This document shows positions 11,307 to 22,770 of a stretch of DNA of 64,000 bases, piece by piece. Origin of the DNA: a virus; the IMG/VR virus record IMGVR_UViG_3300001765_000053, one strand, 5' to 3'. The notes under the pieces are model-generated. The model saw only the letters and a program-made list of their open reading frames with translations. It did not search any database and was not told the DNA's origin. Both the position numbers and the translations under genes were made by a program. The first letter of the stretch is position 1. Every line of letters starts with the position of its first letter.

Positions 11307-12162
11307 TTTTAATAAACCTACTAATTATTGATTCTATTTCTGATATGTTTGCAACAGTATAATATTTACCATTCCACTCATTTAATTTTTGAACTTCAAA
11401 CTTATTTGTTTCAAAATCAAAAATTAATATATAATCATCAATAAAATATTTTTTATAGTCCATTTTTAATCATTATTATACTTAATATTGATTAAGTAAT
11501 CACTTTTCAATATCTTATACTGAAATGATATTGTTCCTTCACTTTCACCAGCATTTACAACTTCTTGTTCTAAATACTTATTAAATTCTGTCTCATTTTC
11601 AAATCCAACTATTTCAAGTTCTGATTTATCTAAATCTCTTGAATAATCTTCTTTTGAGAATACATAATATCTTTTACTTATAGCAATAACAATTGCATAG
11701 TCTTCGTTAGATAAATTTAACAGTTTTTTCATTTTGGTTAGAATTACTTTAACAAGTAATACTATTACTATGTTTTATTTATTTATAAATCTATCTTTTA
11801 CTCACTTTACTATGAGTAAATTTAACTAATCATCAAAATCTTCTTCTTCATCTTCTGGGTCTTCATCTTGTTCAATTGGACCAGCATTATAATAATCATT
11901 AATATTAGTAAATCCAAATTCTTTTATATTAGATTTATTCATTAAAATAAACTCGCTTAATACATCATATAAATTAAAATCTTTTGTAATCATTTTGTCT
12001 TTATATTTATCACCAAGAATTTTCATATCATTCATTGCTTTTTCAGTATCAATGAAACAAATTTCTAAATTTGAATTTGGCATTTGTAATTTTCCATCAT
12101 TTGTAATTTGTATTATTGTCATTTTAATAAAAGTAAATTTGTTTTATTTATATATATTTGTA

Positions 12163-12834
12163 TTAAAAATTGTCTAAATTATTACAAATTTGTCTTTCTA
12201 AATATATTTCAGAATTTGAATAATTTATAATATCTTTAATTTTTTTCTTTCTAACAGATTTCAAATCATATAAATATATATTTTTTGTTTTTGTAATATG
12301 ATATTTTGCAGTTCCAAGTTCAAGAGCATCTTTAATTTTTTTAGCAAATGGTTTTAATTTCCCATTAAATGTTGTTCTTATTGTTTTATCGTGATATATT
12401 TTATTATTATAAATTATAACTTTTGATGATAATGTTTCTCCTAAAAATTTAAAATGAGATGCTTGATATATTATTCCAGTATGATTATATTCATTATCTG
12501 CGTATGATATTATTTTTTCAATATGTGTATTATTTTTCAACCATCTAATACATTTACTAATAAAATAACTTTCTGTATTTTTTGGAGTATCATCTATACA
12601 ACACAATCTACGAAGTTCAATAATCTTGTTTTCATCATCAACATATTTTTTCCAAACATCTTTCATTGCAATTTCTCCAAACATTATTGCACCAATTATT
12701 GTATTATTATAAACTAATTTAAAACAAAAATTTGATTTTACACCATTTACACTCTTTGAATAATGATTTTTTTCTATAAACTTTACAATATCATTTCTTT
12801 TGCACAATTTTACTTGAAAATCATTTAAATCCAT
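12163..12834 (-). CDS. mom: Mom-like DNA adenine-modification enzyme (GNAT fold)
   Basis: IEKNHYS, IELRRLCCIDDTPKNTESYFISKCIRWLK, IISYADNEYNHTGIIYQASHFKFLG match Mu Mom-family motifs (HY; ELxR; PKNxES; SYAD; GxxYQAxNF). Confidence 0.85.
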   Translation of the reverse strand: MDLNDFQVKLCKRNDIVKFIEKNHYSKSVNGVKSNFCFKLVYNNTIIGAIMFGEIAMKDVWKKYVDDENKIIELRRLCCIDDTPKNTESYFISKCIRWLKNNTHIEKIISYADNEYNHTGIIYQASHFKFLGETLSSKVIIYNNKIYHDKTIRTTFNGKLKPFAKKIKDALELGTAKYHITKTKNIYLYDLKSVRKKKIKDIINYSNSEIYLERQICNNLDNF

Positions 12835-13291
12835 ATTAATTCATAGTTTATTTCTACATCACCAAAACAACAAAATGATATTTCATTGATATTATATCTA
12901 ATAATATTATTATTATCAATAAATTTATAAACTTCTTCTTTTGTTTTAAATGATTTAACTTCCATTTTCAAATAATTGTTTTATATATTGTTCATTATAT
13001 TCTTCAACTGAAATAATTGTTTTTATAGAATCAACAATTGAAGTTATAATTAAAAATTGTTCTGATTGTATATTTAAAAGAATTTTTTTATCTTTTTCTT
13101 TTTGGAATTTTATTAAAGAACCATTATTTATTGAACTTTGAAACTGTTTTGCAAAACCAAGTTCAATTAATTTATTGTCATAAATTATTTCAATCATATT
13201 TCTTCACAAATTCTACAAATTTTTTCAAGTTTATCTTCATAATTATGAATATATACAAGTTCTTCCTTTGGATGTTTTTTACAATACTCTT

Positions 13292-13441
13292 TCATTTACA
13301 ATTACAATACCATTTATTATCAATCCATTCTAATAATTTTTTACATTTTGGACAAGGTCTAATTCCAAAAGAACCATTTTGTTTTCCAAGCAAGTTTGGA
13401 TTAATTTTCAACATCATATCAAATTCTTCTTGTATTGTCAT
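13292..13441 (-). CDS. 49-aa Zn-ribbon protein (below track cutoff)
   Basis: Manual translation MTIQEEF...RPCPKCKKLLEWIDNKWYCNCK*; stop/start overlaps with neighbours. Confidence 0.55.
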   Translation of the reverse strand: MTIQEEFDMMLKINPNLLGKQNGSFGIRPCPKCKKLLEWIDNKWYCNCK

Positions 13442-15762
13442 TTTTTACTTTCCAATTCTTTTTCTACTATATTTAATATTCTATAATAATCTATTTCATT
13501 TACAACAAATCTATATTGAATTGCACCATTTCCATCTTTGTCACCATCAACAAATTCAATTGTTAAAACTTGTTCGCCCATATTTATTTGCCATACTTCA
13601 TTTTATACATTGTCCAAATAATAAAATGTAATATTAAAGAAGAAAATAATACAACATAACCAAGAACTCTTGGTATTTGTTTTAAACCAACTTCAAACCA
13701 AACAATTGAAACCATTATAATTAATAATGTATTACCACCATTTTCTTTTAAAAGCCATCTCTTAAAATATCCTTCTTGTTTTGCATCTTCATTTATTACT
13801 ATTTCTACCATTTTTATTTTTTATATTGACCTTTCAAACTTTCAAGTCTATGAAGGTCTTGTCTTAATGTATTTATATCTTTTTCTATATCTTCAAAAAT
13901 TGCTTTTCTACAATCTTTTACTGTTTCATAAGCATCAAATAATTTATATTTTGATATTTGAGTTCCATAATTAAAATCAGCAAAATTTTCTTTTGTTAAT
14001 GTTTCATAATAAATTGTTTTTGCAGTAACTTTTGTAATTTTTATTGAAAAAATTTTATAAGAATTATAAGACTTTTCATACACAAATATTACATCTCCAA
14101 TATTTAAATTATTCAAGTTCATTTAGTAAATACCATATTTCTTTTCTTTATACATTTCAAATTGAATTTCATCATAATCATCTTCCATTTGCTCATACTC
14201 TTTATCGTTTGGAAATTCATCATCTCTATCAGTCGTTACCATCTTCAAATTTTATAGTTTTTAAATAATAAATAATAAATAATAAAACAAGTATAACTAT
14301 ATATGAAAATTCTCCCATAATTATTCTTGCCATTGAAAAACCAATAGCACCACTAATATAACTTGATTGATTATTCCAAAAATATTGTTTCATTTTTAGT
14401 AAAGTGTTCCAACAACTTCTCCTTTTTCTTGAATTATATCAGATGGTTTATCAATTCTATCATTTTTACTTTTCATATCAAGTTTGTCTTTAATATCTTT
14501 AAATTTTCTAACATTAAATGGATTATTTCCTTGACAATCAATCAAGAACTTAATTTGTTTTTCAATATCACCATTTTGTCTTAAAGTTTTAAACCACTCT
14601 TTTTGTTCTTGATTTAAACTATTAAATAATTTAACAACATCACCAAGTTTTCTATCTTCACATTGACAAGGTTTATGAAAACATCTTTGGCAATCTTCAA
14701 AACTACTACTAAATTCACCAGCAATTAAATCATTATTAAATAATAATTGAATATCTTTCTTATGAACAAAATTACCACAAGCCCAATAATCAAATGCTTC
14801 ACTAAATCCACAAACTTGAATTGCATTTAAACTTACATTTGCAACATCACTTGCACTAAATATTTTTCCAATTACTTCTCCTTTATCATTAATAATTTCA
14901 ACTTCTGTATCATTAACTTGTGCAAATTTAATCATCTTTAAATTCATCTCCATCATCTTCTAACTCTGGTTCATTGTTTTCATTTGTTTCCTTTTCTTCT
15001 TCTACCCATTCCATTAAATCTTCAAGTAAAGAATAAAGAACTCTACATTCTTGATATGATAATTCTTCAAAGGAATTAAATCCATTTATTTTTACATTAC
15101 CAACACTTTCATTAAATGTTATATTTAATTGTTTATCTTCCATTTTCAATCATCTTTAAATTCATTTAAATAATATTCTGATATTGTAAACATATAATCA
15201 TTATCAACTGGAATAGTTAAACTTAGATTTCTTTCATAATTATAAACATAAAAATAAGTATCTTCTTGTTCAAAGTTTATAAATCCATCTTCTTCAAAAA
15301 TTTCTACAAGGTCTTCTTTCTTTTTATCAAAAATAGCCATATCATAATTTCTAATTGCACCAGACAAAGCAATTAATTTCATTCTTTCAAAAAACAATTC
15401 TTTGTTTGCTTCATTATCATCTTCAATCATTTCAAAATCATTTTCTAAATGTTCAATGATATCATCTTGTGTTTCAAGACTAAACTCACCATCAATTAAC
15501 AACTGGTCTTCATTTTCCCACGAGCAAGATTCACCAGAAGCACCATCTTTTACTTCTAATATTGACCAACCTTCAACATTATCAACTTCATTTAATCCAA
15601 GTGATGTAATCAATTCTTTTTTAAGATTGTATTTCTCATTAGAATACTTTTTTTCAAGTTCCTTAATTGCTTTTATGGTTTTCTTACTTAATACACTTTC
15701 AATATCCATAATTATTATAAAAATTAGTAATATATAAATCTTTCTATTAAAAAATATGTATT

Positions 15763-16014
15763 TTAATACATTGGAATTAATTGGTTTATATAAGAATTAT
15801 CTTCACTTGGTAATTTTCCAAGTGATTTAAGTATTTGTTCAATTTCAACTGATGTTACAATGTTGTTTCTCCCTTGTTTCATACAAAATGATGAACAATA
15901 AATAAATGAATCTCCTTGTGCAGAGATAACAAATTTTGGAAATAATAGTCTTCCTTCTGAATCAACAGCAAATGACTTTCCACAATTATCACATTTGTAA
16001 TTTGTTTTTTCCAT
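15763..16014 (-). CDS. TRASH/MYM-like Zn-binding protein
   Basis: YKCDNCGKSF...FIYCSSFC. Confidence 0.6.
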   Translation of the reverse strand: MEKTNYKCDNCGKSFAVDSEGRLLFPKFVISAQGDSFIYCSSFCMKQGRNNIVTSVEIEQILKSLGKLPSEDNSYINQLIPMY

Positions 16015-16069
16015 ATTAAAAGTATTGTTATTTTAACTTTATAAATCTATTGTAAGATTTACGACTAAT

Positions 16070-16999
16070 CTAACTCTTTTTGTGCCAGAAGTTTATAATT
16101 TGATTATAAAAATTTGAAAATTGTATATCGTGGTTACCCCTTGACATCATATCATTAACAATTGCAAATAATTTTACAATAATTTCATTATTTTCATCTT
16201 TTTCATCATATGTTTTCCAAAACATTTTCCAAAAATAATTGAGCAATTTAACCATATCAAGGTTTTCAGAAATCCAATAAATTCTTGCTTTATCTAAACT
16301 ATCTTTATTCATTAACATTTGATAAACATTATCATATGCTTCATCTTCATATGTAATCATATCAAATGTAATTAATTCATTAGAAGACAAATCATCAAGT
16401 ATTTTAATCATTGCTCTCATATCTGGATAATATAATGCAATAAGTCTTTTCAATGCTTTATCTTCTATATTTATGTTTTCAAGTTTACATATATTTTGAA
16501 TCCTAATAAGTATTTCTTCTTTATTTGGTTGTTTCAAATCAATTTCAAGACATCTACTTCTAATTGGTTGTGGTATTTTTTCTATTCTATTTGTTGATAA
16601 TACAAATATACAATTATATTGATACTTTTCCATTGTTGATTTCAAACTATCAATTGCTTGTGGCGATAATCGGTCTGCTTCATCAATGAAAAATAGTTTC
16701 CTTGAACCACCAATTAAACTTCTTGTTGAAACAAATCCTTCAACAACTTGTCTTATATAATCAATACCAGTAACACTTGACCCATTGATTTCTTTTGTAT
16801 CAGTTTTTAAAGTATGTTTAATTACATTGAAAATAGAACCTTTACCAGTTCCACCAGATTTAGAAAAAAGTAATAAATGTGGAAACTTACTATTATTTTC
16901 TTTTAAAAGCCTTCTTAATTTTTCTTTATTTGAAAAAACCAAATCATCAAATGTCTTTGGTCTATACTTTTCATTAAGAACTTCATTTTTCAATGCCAT
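16070..16999 (-). CDS. rfcS: Replication factor C small subunit / clamp loader ATPase
   Basis: EKYRPKTFDDLV, PHLLLF..GGTGK, EINGS, FFIDEADRLSPQA, STNRIEKI..PIRSRC. Confidence 0.95.
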   Translation of the reverse strand: MALKNEVLNEKYRPKTFDDLVFSNKEKLRRLLKENNSKFPHLLLFSKSGGTGKGSIFNVIKHTLKTDTKEINGSSVTGIDYIRQVVEGFVSTRSLIGGSRKLFFIDEADRLSPQAIDSLKSTMEKYQYNCIFVLSTNRIEKIPQPIRSRCLEIDLKQPNKEEILIRIQNICKLENINIEDKALKRLIALYYPDMRAMIKILDDLSSNELITFDMITYEDEAYDNVYQMLMNKDSLDKARIYWISENLDMVKLLNYFWKMFWKTYDEKDENNEIIVKLFAIVNDMMSRGNHDIQFSNFYNQIINFWHKKS

Positions 17000-17047
17000 T
17001 ATATATTTGAAAAATTGTGTATTTATATAACTTTGTATTTTAAAAAA

Positions 17048-17941
17048 TTATTTTATTTTTTCCAAATTAATATCAATTGTATTTGAGTTGTATTTTGATT
17101 TCCCATCAAAAGTTATACCATATTCTAATAATATACATAATTTTGATAGATTGCTCATAGACTTTAAGTTAAAGTTATATGGTGAAAATCTGATAATTTT
17201 TTTATCATTTTTATTATTAATTTTTAAATTGTCAAATATCTCACCATAATAATGTTTATAATTTAATATTTGTAAATCTTTATCTAAAATTATGTTATGA
17301 TATGCACAACTTATAACTTTAATTTCTTCTTTTTTATCATTTTCAATTGTAATATAATTTGGATAAATAGTAGGTATATATTCTCTACAATGTGGGCAAA
17401 ACATACAATCTATTTTATCTTTTGTAAATTTAAATTCTGATAAAGTATGATGTTCTTGACAATGTGGGCAATGAAATATATTTTTTTTATCAAAGCCTTC
17501 TTTTGTGATTATTAAAGATAGTTCTTTCCAAAAAACATCATCATTAACAACATAATTATTTTTTTTTGAATATTCTTTGATAAAATTATAATATTTATCA
17601 ATCAATAAACTATTATTATTGAATAATTTTTGTATAAATTTTTTTCTTTTTTCACTAATATCACCACTATTGTTATATCTTTCTATATCATATGCAAACC
17701 AACTATAATTTATACCAGTTAAATCTTCTGTTTTCATATTACAAGAAGGACAAATATAAAATTCTTTTGAAATTTTTTTGATTTCAAAATTTTTAAAATC
17801 TAATAATTCAATGTTGTTTTTATTTTTTGTTACTTTAAATTCTTTTAAAGAACATCTTGCTATTTCAGAAATATTAAATTCTGCGTTCTGCTTATACCAA
17901 TCATAAGTTTCTTGGTCTATTGAAAGTGTTATATTCACCAT
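17048..17941 (-). CDS. Ribbon-helix-helix regulator fused to several Zn ribbons
   Basis: N-terminal MVNITLSIDQETYDWYK...NISEIAR (RHH pattern); CPSC, CPHC, CPHC and CAYH downstream. Confidence 0.6.
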   Translation of the reverse strand: MVNITLSIDQETYDWYKQNAEFNISEIARCSLKEFKVTKNKNNIELLDFKNFEIKKISKEFYICPSCNMKTEDLTGINYSWFAYDIERYNNSGDISEKRKKFIQKLFNNNSLLIDKYYNFIKEYSKKNNYVVNDDVFWKELSLIITKEGFDKKNIFHCPHCQEHHTLSEFKFTKDKIDCMFCPHCREYIPTIYPNYITIENDKKEEIKVISCAYHNIILDKDLQILNYKHYYGEIFDNLKINNKNDKKIIRFSPYNFNLKSMSNLSKLCILLEYGITFDGKSKYNSNTIDINLEKIK

Positions 17942-17963
17942 ATGATATAATTATTTTTATTTG

Positions 17964-17971
17964 TTTATAAA
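17964..17971 (-). promoter_or_regulatory. Archaeal TATA box (TTTATAAA) of the RHH gene
   Basis: 22 nt upstream of ATG at 17941. Similar boxes 21-23 nt before ATG at 4341-4348, 15731-15738 (with GAAAGA BRE-like), 16038-16045 and 17022-17030. Confidence 0.65.
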
Positions 17972-18010
17972 TATTTGTATTAATACAAATATTTATGTGC
18001 TAATATATTT

Positions 18011-18090
18011 CCAATTATTTACCAATTTTTTAATTTATTTACCAATTTACCCAATTTATTTATCAATTTTTCCAAATTATTTACCCTAAA
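18011..18090. repeat. Degenerate ~10-bp periodic TTTACCAATT repeats
   Basis: CCAATT-like cores at 18011, 18022, 18042, 18051, 18063, 18072 and 18084. Confidence 0.65.
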
Positions 18091-18326
18091 TTTTTTATTT
18101 TGGCTTGTAAGTGCATTATAATACATATTAATTGATTATTCAATTATTTGTCATTTTAACCCCCCCCTTGTTCTTCTTTTTTTTTCTTCTATTATTATTC
18201 ATTTTTCTCACATACTTTTCTCACTACTTAGGTAATTTTCTTATGTATTTTATAAAAAAGAGCATAGGGGGTGTATTTTTACGAATAAACGAATAATGGG
18301 TTTTCTATTCTGTCTTCTTTTCTATC

Positions 18327-18409
18327 TTATATTATATTATAATATATTATATATATAATATTATATATATAAATAATATATAAATAATAATAAATAATAA
18401 AAATAAAAA
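18327..18409. repeat. 83-bp pure A/T tract (candidate DNA-unwinding element)
   Basis: No G or C from 18327 to 18409; (TA)n and AAT repeats; immediately upstream of the MCM-like gene. Confidence 0.6.
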
Positions 18410-18450
18410 GAAAGCAAAACCTTAAAAGGGAAGGAATTTCACCATATTAT

Positions 18451-20655
18451 ATGGTAGATACAAACAAATTAGAAGAAACAGCCAATTTGGAAGAAATTAA
18501 AAATAGAGATTATAAAACTTGGATTGAAAACAATAGAAAAAAAGAAAGACCAAAATATATTGAACCAGATAAATATAAACATCTTGTTAGTAATATGATG
18601 ACAAAGAATGAAACACATCTTGATTGGTCAAATGACCCAAAAAGAAATTCTTTTGATAGATATGATGAACTTACATTATCAGTAAAAAAATTGATTAATA
18701 TAGTTGATGAAGATAATTCAAATATTGGTCTTTATACTTGGTATGTTATATTATCAAAATATTTTGATGATATTATTGAAGTAACAAATTCTCCAAAAAA
18801 TGTCCCATTAAGGTTTTCAGCATTTATTATACAACCTTCAAGAACTGGAAAAAATACAAATGTAGATTTAATTATGAACATAGCAAAAAATCTAAATATG
18901 AATTTTAAATCAATTACTTCATATACTGAAAAAGCAATTACTGGTCTTGTTGATACAAAGGCAATTGAACATAATCATTTATTAAGAGCAAAAATAAAAA
19001 AAGACCCAGAAAAATATGATGAAAGTATGTTTAGAGAAGAATATAAAAGGGGTCTTATGGAAACAGAAGATATTATTATTGTTGAAGAAGCAAAAGGATT
19101 GTTTACTGGTGGATTTAAAGAAAACCTAATAGGAAATTTACAAGAAATTCTTGATACAAAAGGATATATTAATATATCAACTGGAACTGGTGGTAACTTT
19201 ACAAGACCATCAAAGTGTTGTTTTATTATGACAACTATTCCAATACAAAATAAAACAGACAATATTGCAGATGATGGTTTTTTTCAAAGATTTGCAATAT
19301 TAAGTAGAAAATTTACAAATGAAGAATTAAATGCAAGACATCAATTATATAGTGACTCTTTAAAAAAAAGTCAAACATTTGGTCAAAGAGAAATTGCAGA
19401 ATTTACAAAAGAAATTTCAGAAGAAGTTAAAAAAACAAAAAATTATTATATGAATTTAATTGATAGTTTACCATATGATGACAAAAGAGTTTATATAATT
19501 CAAGATTTTTATACTGGTGCAGAAAGCAAAAAGTTACAAATTTATTTAAGAGATGATGCAAGAGAAAAAATGAATGAATATATCAATAAAAAAAAATTAT
19601 TTATTGAAAATAATTTTTTTGGAGATGTTGTAACGAGATTTAATGCGTATGTTCCTTTGTTGCAATCTTTATATATTAAAATAAGTGCATTGTCTATGAT
19701 TCTTAGTAGAAATAGAGAGTTTAAAATAGAAGCATCTGATATTGATATTGCTGATGTTGTTGTTGATAAAACATTTTATGGTATTATAAATCTTATTTCT
19801 CCAATAGGAAGACAAAACAATGAACAAAATGTTAGACTTGCAAAAATAATTGGTTTTGATTGGATTTCATCAAACATAGCATTGAGAAGAATTGCAAGTG
19901 CAACTAAAATGAACGATTATGATTCAACAGAAAAACTTACAGAACTTGAAGAAAAAAAGTATATTGATGTTATAAAAAATGAAAAAACAGATGAAACAAA
20001 GGTTAGATGTTCAGAAAGTATTTTACAAATAACATTATTTGATAATGATTTAGATAAATTCAATGAAGAAAAGTCAAAACCAAAATCAGTATTTGATAAT
20101 GATTTAAGAATTAAACTTATAACAAAATATTTAGTTTATCTTGAAGAAAATAATGTAAATATTGAAAACATTTTATTTAGACATATAAACTATTATACAA
20201 ATTGTTATAGTGGAGAAACAAACTATGTTAATATACCTACAAAACTTTTTAGAAATGATGTTATAATTAAAAAACAAACATCAATTAGAGTTTTAGATAG
20301 TGCAAAAAAATATCTTGGTGATACAACTGATGAAGAATTAGAAACAATTAAATTTATTGATGAAATAATAAAAATTGAAATAAAAAATAAAGATGAATTA
20401 AAAAAAAATACTTATGGACTTGAATATGATTTTAAACATCTTCAAAGTATTGAAATATTAAATGAACATAATCAACTTGAAACAATTTCAGAAGAAATAG
20501 TTGAAGAAAGAGATTCAAAAAAAATTAGAGAGTTTGAAGATATGTATAAAGCGAATGTTCAAAGAGAATTAAAAGAACTATCTGATAATGGAATTAAAAT
20601 TACAGATTTATTTAAAAATGTATTTGTTGACTATAATAAAGATGTATTAAAATAA
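18451..20655 (+). CDS. MCM-like (DUF3987-related) AAA+ replicative helicase
   Basis: Walker A QPSRTGKN, Walker B IIIVEEAK, sensor CCFIMTT, Arg finger DGFFQRF; C-terminal wHTH-like region; heads the replication operon. Confidence 0.65.
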   Translation: MVDTNKLEETANLEEIKNRDYKTWIENNRKKERPKYIEPDKYKHLVSNMMTKNETHLDWSNDPKRNSFDRYDELTLSVKKLINIVDEDNSNIGLYTWYVILSKYFDDIIEVTNSPKNVPLRFSAFIIQPSRTGKNTNVDLIMNIAKNLNMNFKSITSYTEKAITGLVDTKAIEHNHLLRAKIKKDPEKYDESMFREEYKRGLMETEDIIIVEEAKGLFTGGFKENLIGNLQEILDTKGYINISTGTGGNFTRPSKCCFIMTTIPIQNKTDNIADDGFFQRFAILSRKFTNEELNARHQLYSDSLKKSQTFGQREIAEFTKEISEEVKKTKNYYMNLIDSLPYDDKRVYIIQDFYTGAESKKLQIYLRDDAREKMNEYINKKKLFIENNFFGDVVTRFNAYVPLLQSLYIKISALSMILSRNREFKIEASDIDIADVVVDKTFYGIINLISPIGRQNNEQNVRLAKIIGFDWISSNIALRRIASATKMNDYDSTEKLTELEEKKYIDVIKNEKTDETKVRCSESILQITLFDNDLDKFNEEKSKPKSVFDNDLRIKLITKYLVYLEENNVNIENILFRHINYYTNCYSGETNYVNIPTKLFRNDVIIKKQTSIRVLDSAKKYLGDTTDEELETIKFIDEIIKIEIKNKDELKKNTYGLEYDFKHLQSIEILNEHNQLETISEEIVEERDSKKIREFEDMYKANVQRELKELSDNGIKITDLFKNVFVDYNKDVLK

Positions 20656-20724
20656 AAATAAAAAAGTTTATAAAGGGATAAAATTTAAACTATTTTAGCA
20701 CTTGAATTTGTGTTAAAATAGAAT

Positions 20725-22020
20725 ATGGTTGAAGAAAAAAATACAGATACAAATATTATTATTAATGTATCTACATCAGAAGACTTTGATAATGCAAAGC
20801 GACAATTGATAGAAGTTGTAAGTAAACAACTTGGTGTATCTAAAAAAGAAGTTGAAGATACAGTTGAAAACCAATCACAATTACTTCTTTTAAGTCCAAA
20901 ATATCAAGGTAAATGGCTTACTATTCTTAATTTGTTACAAGATTCACTTAGAATGAAGTATAGAAAAGTTGGTCAACAAAGCCAAGATATGGAAGTTATA
21001 TTTTTTGGAAAAGAAAGAGAAACAGATTTTGGTAATACAAAAAAACTTGAAGAACTTAAAAGTATTATTAAAACTGATAAACAAACAGCAATTGTTAAAG
21101 GATTGTGTGATGATGAAGGAAGACCATTACATCAAACTGGTTATAAAAAAGGAAAGCCAGTTGATGTAAATGATTTGTATTCAAGAAATATTTATGGATT
21201 AATTAATTATGAAGGTGATATTCATTTAATGAAATTTGTTGCCAAAAGAAAAGCACTTTCAATTGATTTTCCAATGTTTAGAAAGTTAAAAATTAGGGGA
21301 AGTGTAACACCACCAAAGGCAGACAAGCCATTAAGATTTTTAAGTTGTGGTTCTACTGATGAAACAGTTGGGTTTGAAGTTCTTGATAATAATATTGTAA
21401 ATTTTGAAAAAAAGATTATCCCAATGTTAACAGAAGAAATAAAATATGATATTGAAACATATCCAAATAAAATTAAAACAACTGATAAAGAAGGAAACCC
21501 ATTAGTTATATATGATTCATTTTGGATTAAGGAAATGAATATTGTTTATGAAGGTAAAAATGATTATGGATTTGGTATAAAAGTTATTGAAGTTAAACCA
21601 TTTGAAGAAACAACACAAGCAAAACAAAAAGAGCAAAAAGGTGGATTTTCTTTATTTGATTTTTCTTCTCTAAATAAAAAACAAGATGATTCTAAAAAAC
21701 AAGTTCAAACAATTGAATATCAAACATCAGTTGATTATGATTTAGAAATTACAGCACAAGCAATGGGTTATGTAATTGGTAAATCTTATTTGACAAAAGA
21801 AAATAAAGTTGGTATTAATGTTCTTGGTGTTTGGGTTGAACCACAATATAGAAAAAAAATTATTGATGGAGATGTTATAAAAGATATGGCATCACTTGTA
21901 AAAAAAATGGAAAGTAAAGTTGAAGCATTTGAAGAAGAAAATAAACCAACTACAAAACCAGTTTCAACTCCAAAACCAGCACCAGTAAAAAAACCAGTAG
22001 TTCCAAAAGAAGACTGGTAA
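20725..22020 (+). CDS. Probable single-stranded DNA-binding (RPA/OB-fold) protein
   Basis: Lies between helicase and Sak4-like ATPase; beta-rich core, Pro/Lys-rich linker and acidic-aromatic tail (KEDW). Context-based call only. Confidence 0.4.
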   Translation: MVEEKNTDTNIIINVSTSEDFDNAKRQLIEVVSKQLGVSKKEVEDTVENQSQLLLLSPKYQGKWLTILNLLQDSLRMKYRKVGQQSQDMEVIFFGKERETDFGNTKKLEELKSIIKTDKQTAIVKGLCDDEGRPLHQTGYKKGKPVDVNDLYSRNIYGLINYEGDIHLMKFVAKRKALSIDFPMFRKLKIRGSVTPPKADKPLRFLSCGSTDETVGFEVLDNNIVNFEKKIIPMLTEEIKYDIETYPNKIKTTDKEGNPLVIYDSFWIKEMNIVYEGKNDYGFGIKVIEVKPFEETTQAKQKEQKGGFSLFDFSSLNKKQDDSKKQVQTIEYQTSVDYDLEITAQAMGYVIGKSYLTKENKVGINVLGVWVEPQYRKKIIDGDVIKDMASLVKKMESKVEAFEEENKPTTKPVSTPKPAPVKKPVVPKEDW

Positions 22021-22031
22021 ATTGATTAAAA

Positions 22032-22769
22032 ATGATGGAAGATATGCAATTTGATTTAAGTGAAGAAAAGGCAAATGATAAATTAGTCTATACTATATAT
22101 GGTAAAAAAGGAACTGGTAAAACAGTTACATTCTTATCATTTACTGATAAAGTTGCAGTAATTTCATTTGACCACAAAACAGTTACTAATAAAGAAGAAT
22201 TTTTTTCAAATAAAAAAATTAGAGTTTATGATGGAGTTAGATATATGGATAGAAGTCCAGAAAAACTTACTGAATCATCAAACACTTCTTTTAATTATAT
22301 AAAAAAAATTTTTCAACAATATGTAAATTCAGAAGTAAAACCAGATTGGATTGCTTTTGATGGTCTTGAAGTTTTAAATAATATTTGTGAGATGGCTATG
22401 AGATATCAAAGACAGTATAAACCATATCAAGGTATTTCTAATATGAACGATTGGAAATATAGAAATGATATGTTGGCAGAACTTCATAGAATAGCATTTT
22501 CAATTGCAACAAAAGGTGTTGTTTATACAACATATACAACACAAGAAGAAGTAATTAATGATGGTGTTGTAATAGAAAAAAAAGAAATTCCAAAATGGTT
22601 TGGTAGTGTATTAACTGAAACAGATATTGTTTTAAAAACAGTTGTTGGAGAAGACATTAAAGGAAATGTTGCTTTCAAAGTATTTTGTGAAAGTTCAAAA
22701 AAAAATAAAATAATGGAAACTGGAAAAACATATTTAGTTTCAATTGAAGAAGGATTTATAAAACAATAA
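22032..22769 (+). CDS. AAA_24 / Sak4-like ssDNA-annealing ATPase
   Basis: YTIYGKKGTGKT Walker A, WIAFDGLEVL Walker B, ETDIVL late motif. Confidence 0.75.
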   Translation: MMEDMQFDLSEEKANDKLVYTIYGKKGTGKTVTFLSFTDKVAVISFDHKTVTNKEEFFSNKKIRVYDGVRYMDRSPEKLTESSNTSFNYIKKIFQQYVNSEVKPDWIAFDGLEVLNNICEMAMRYQRQYKPYQGISNMNDWKYRNDMLAELHRIAFSIATKGVVYTTYTTQEEVINDGVVIEKKEIPKWFGSVLTETDIVLKTVVGEDIKGNVAFKVFCESSKKNKIMETGKTYLVSIEEGFIKQ

Positions 22770-22770
22770 A

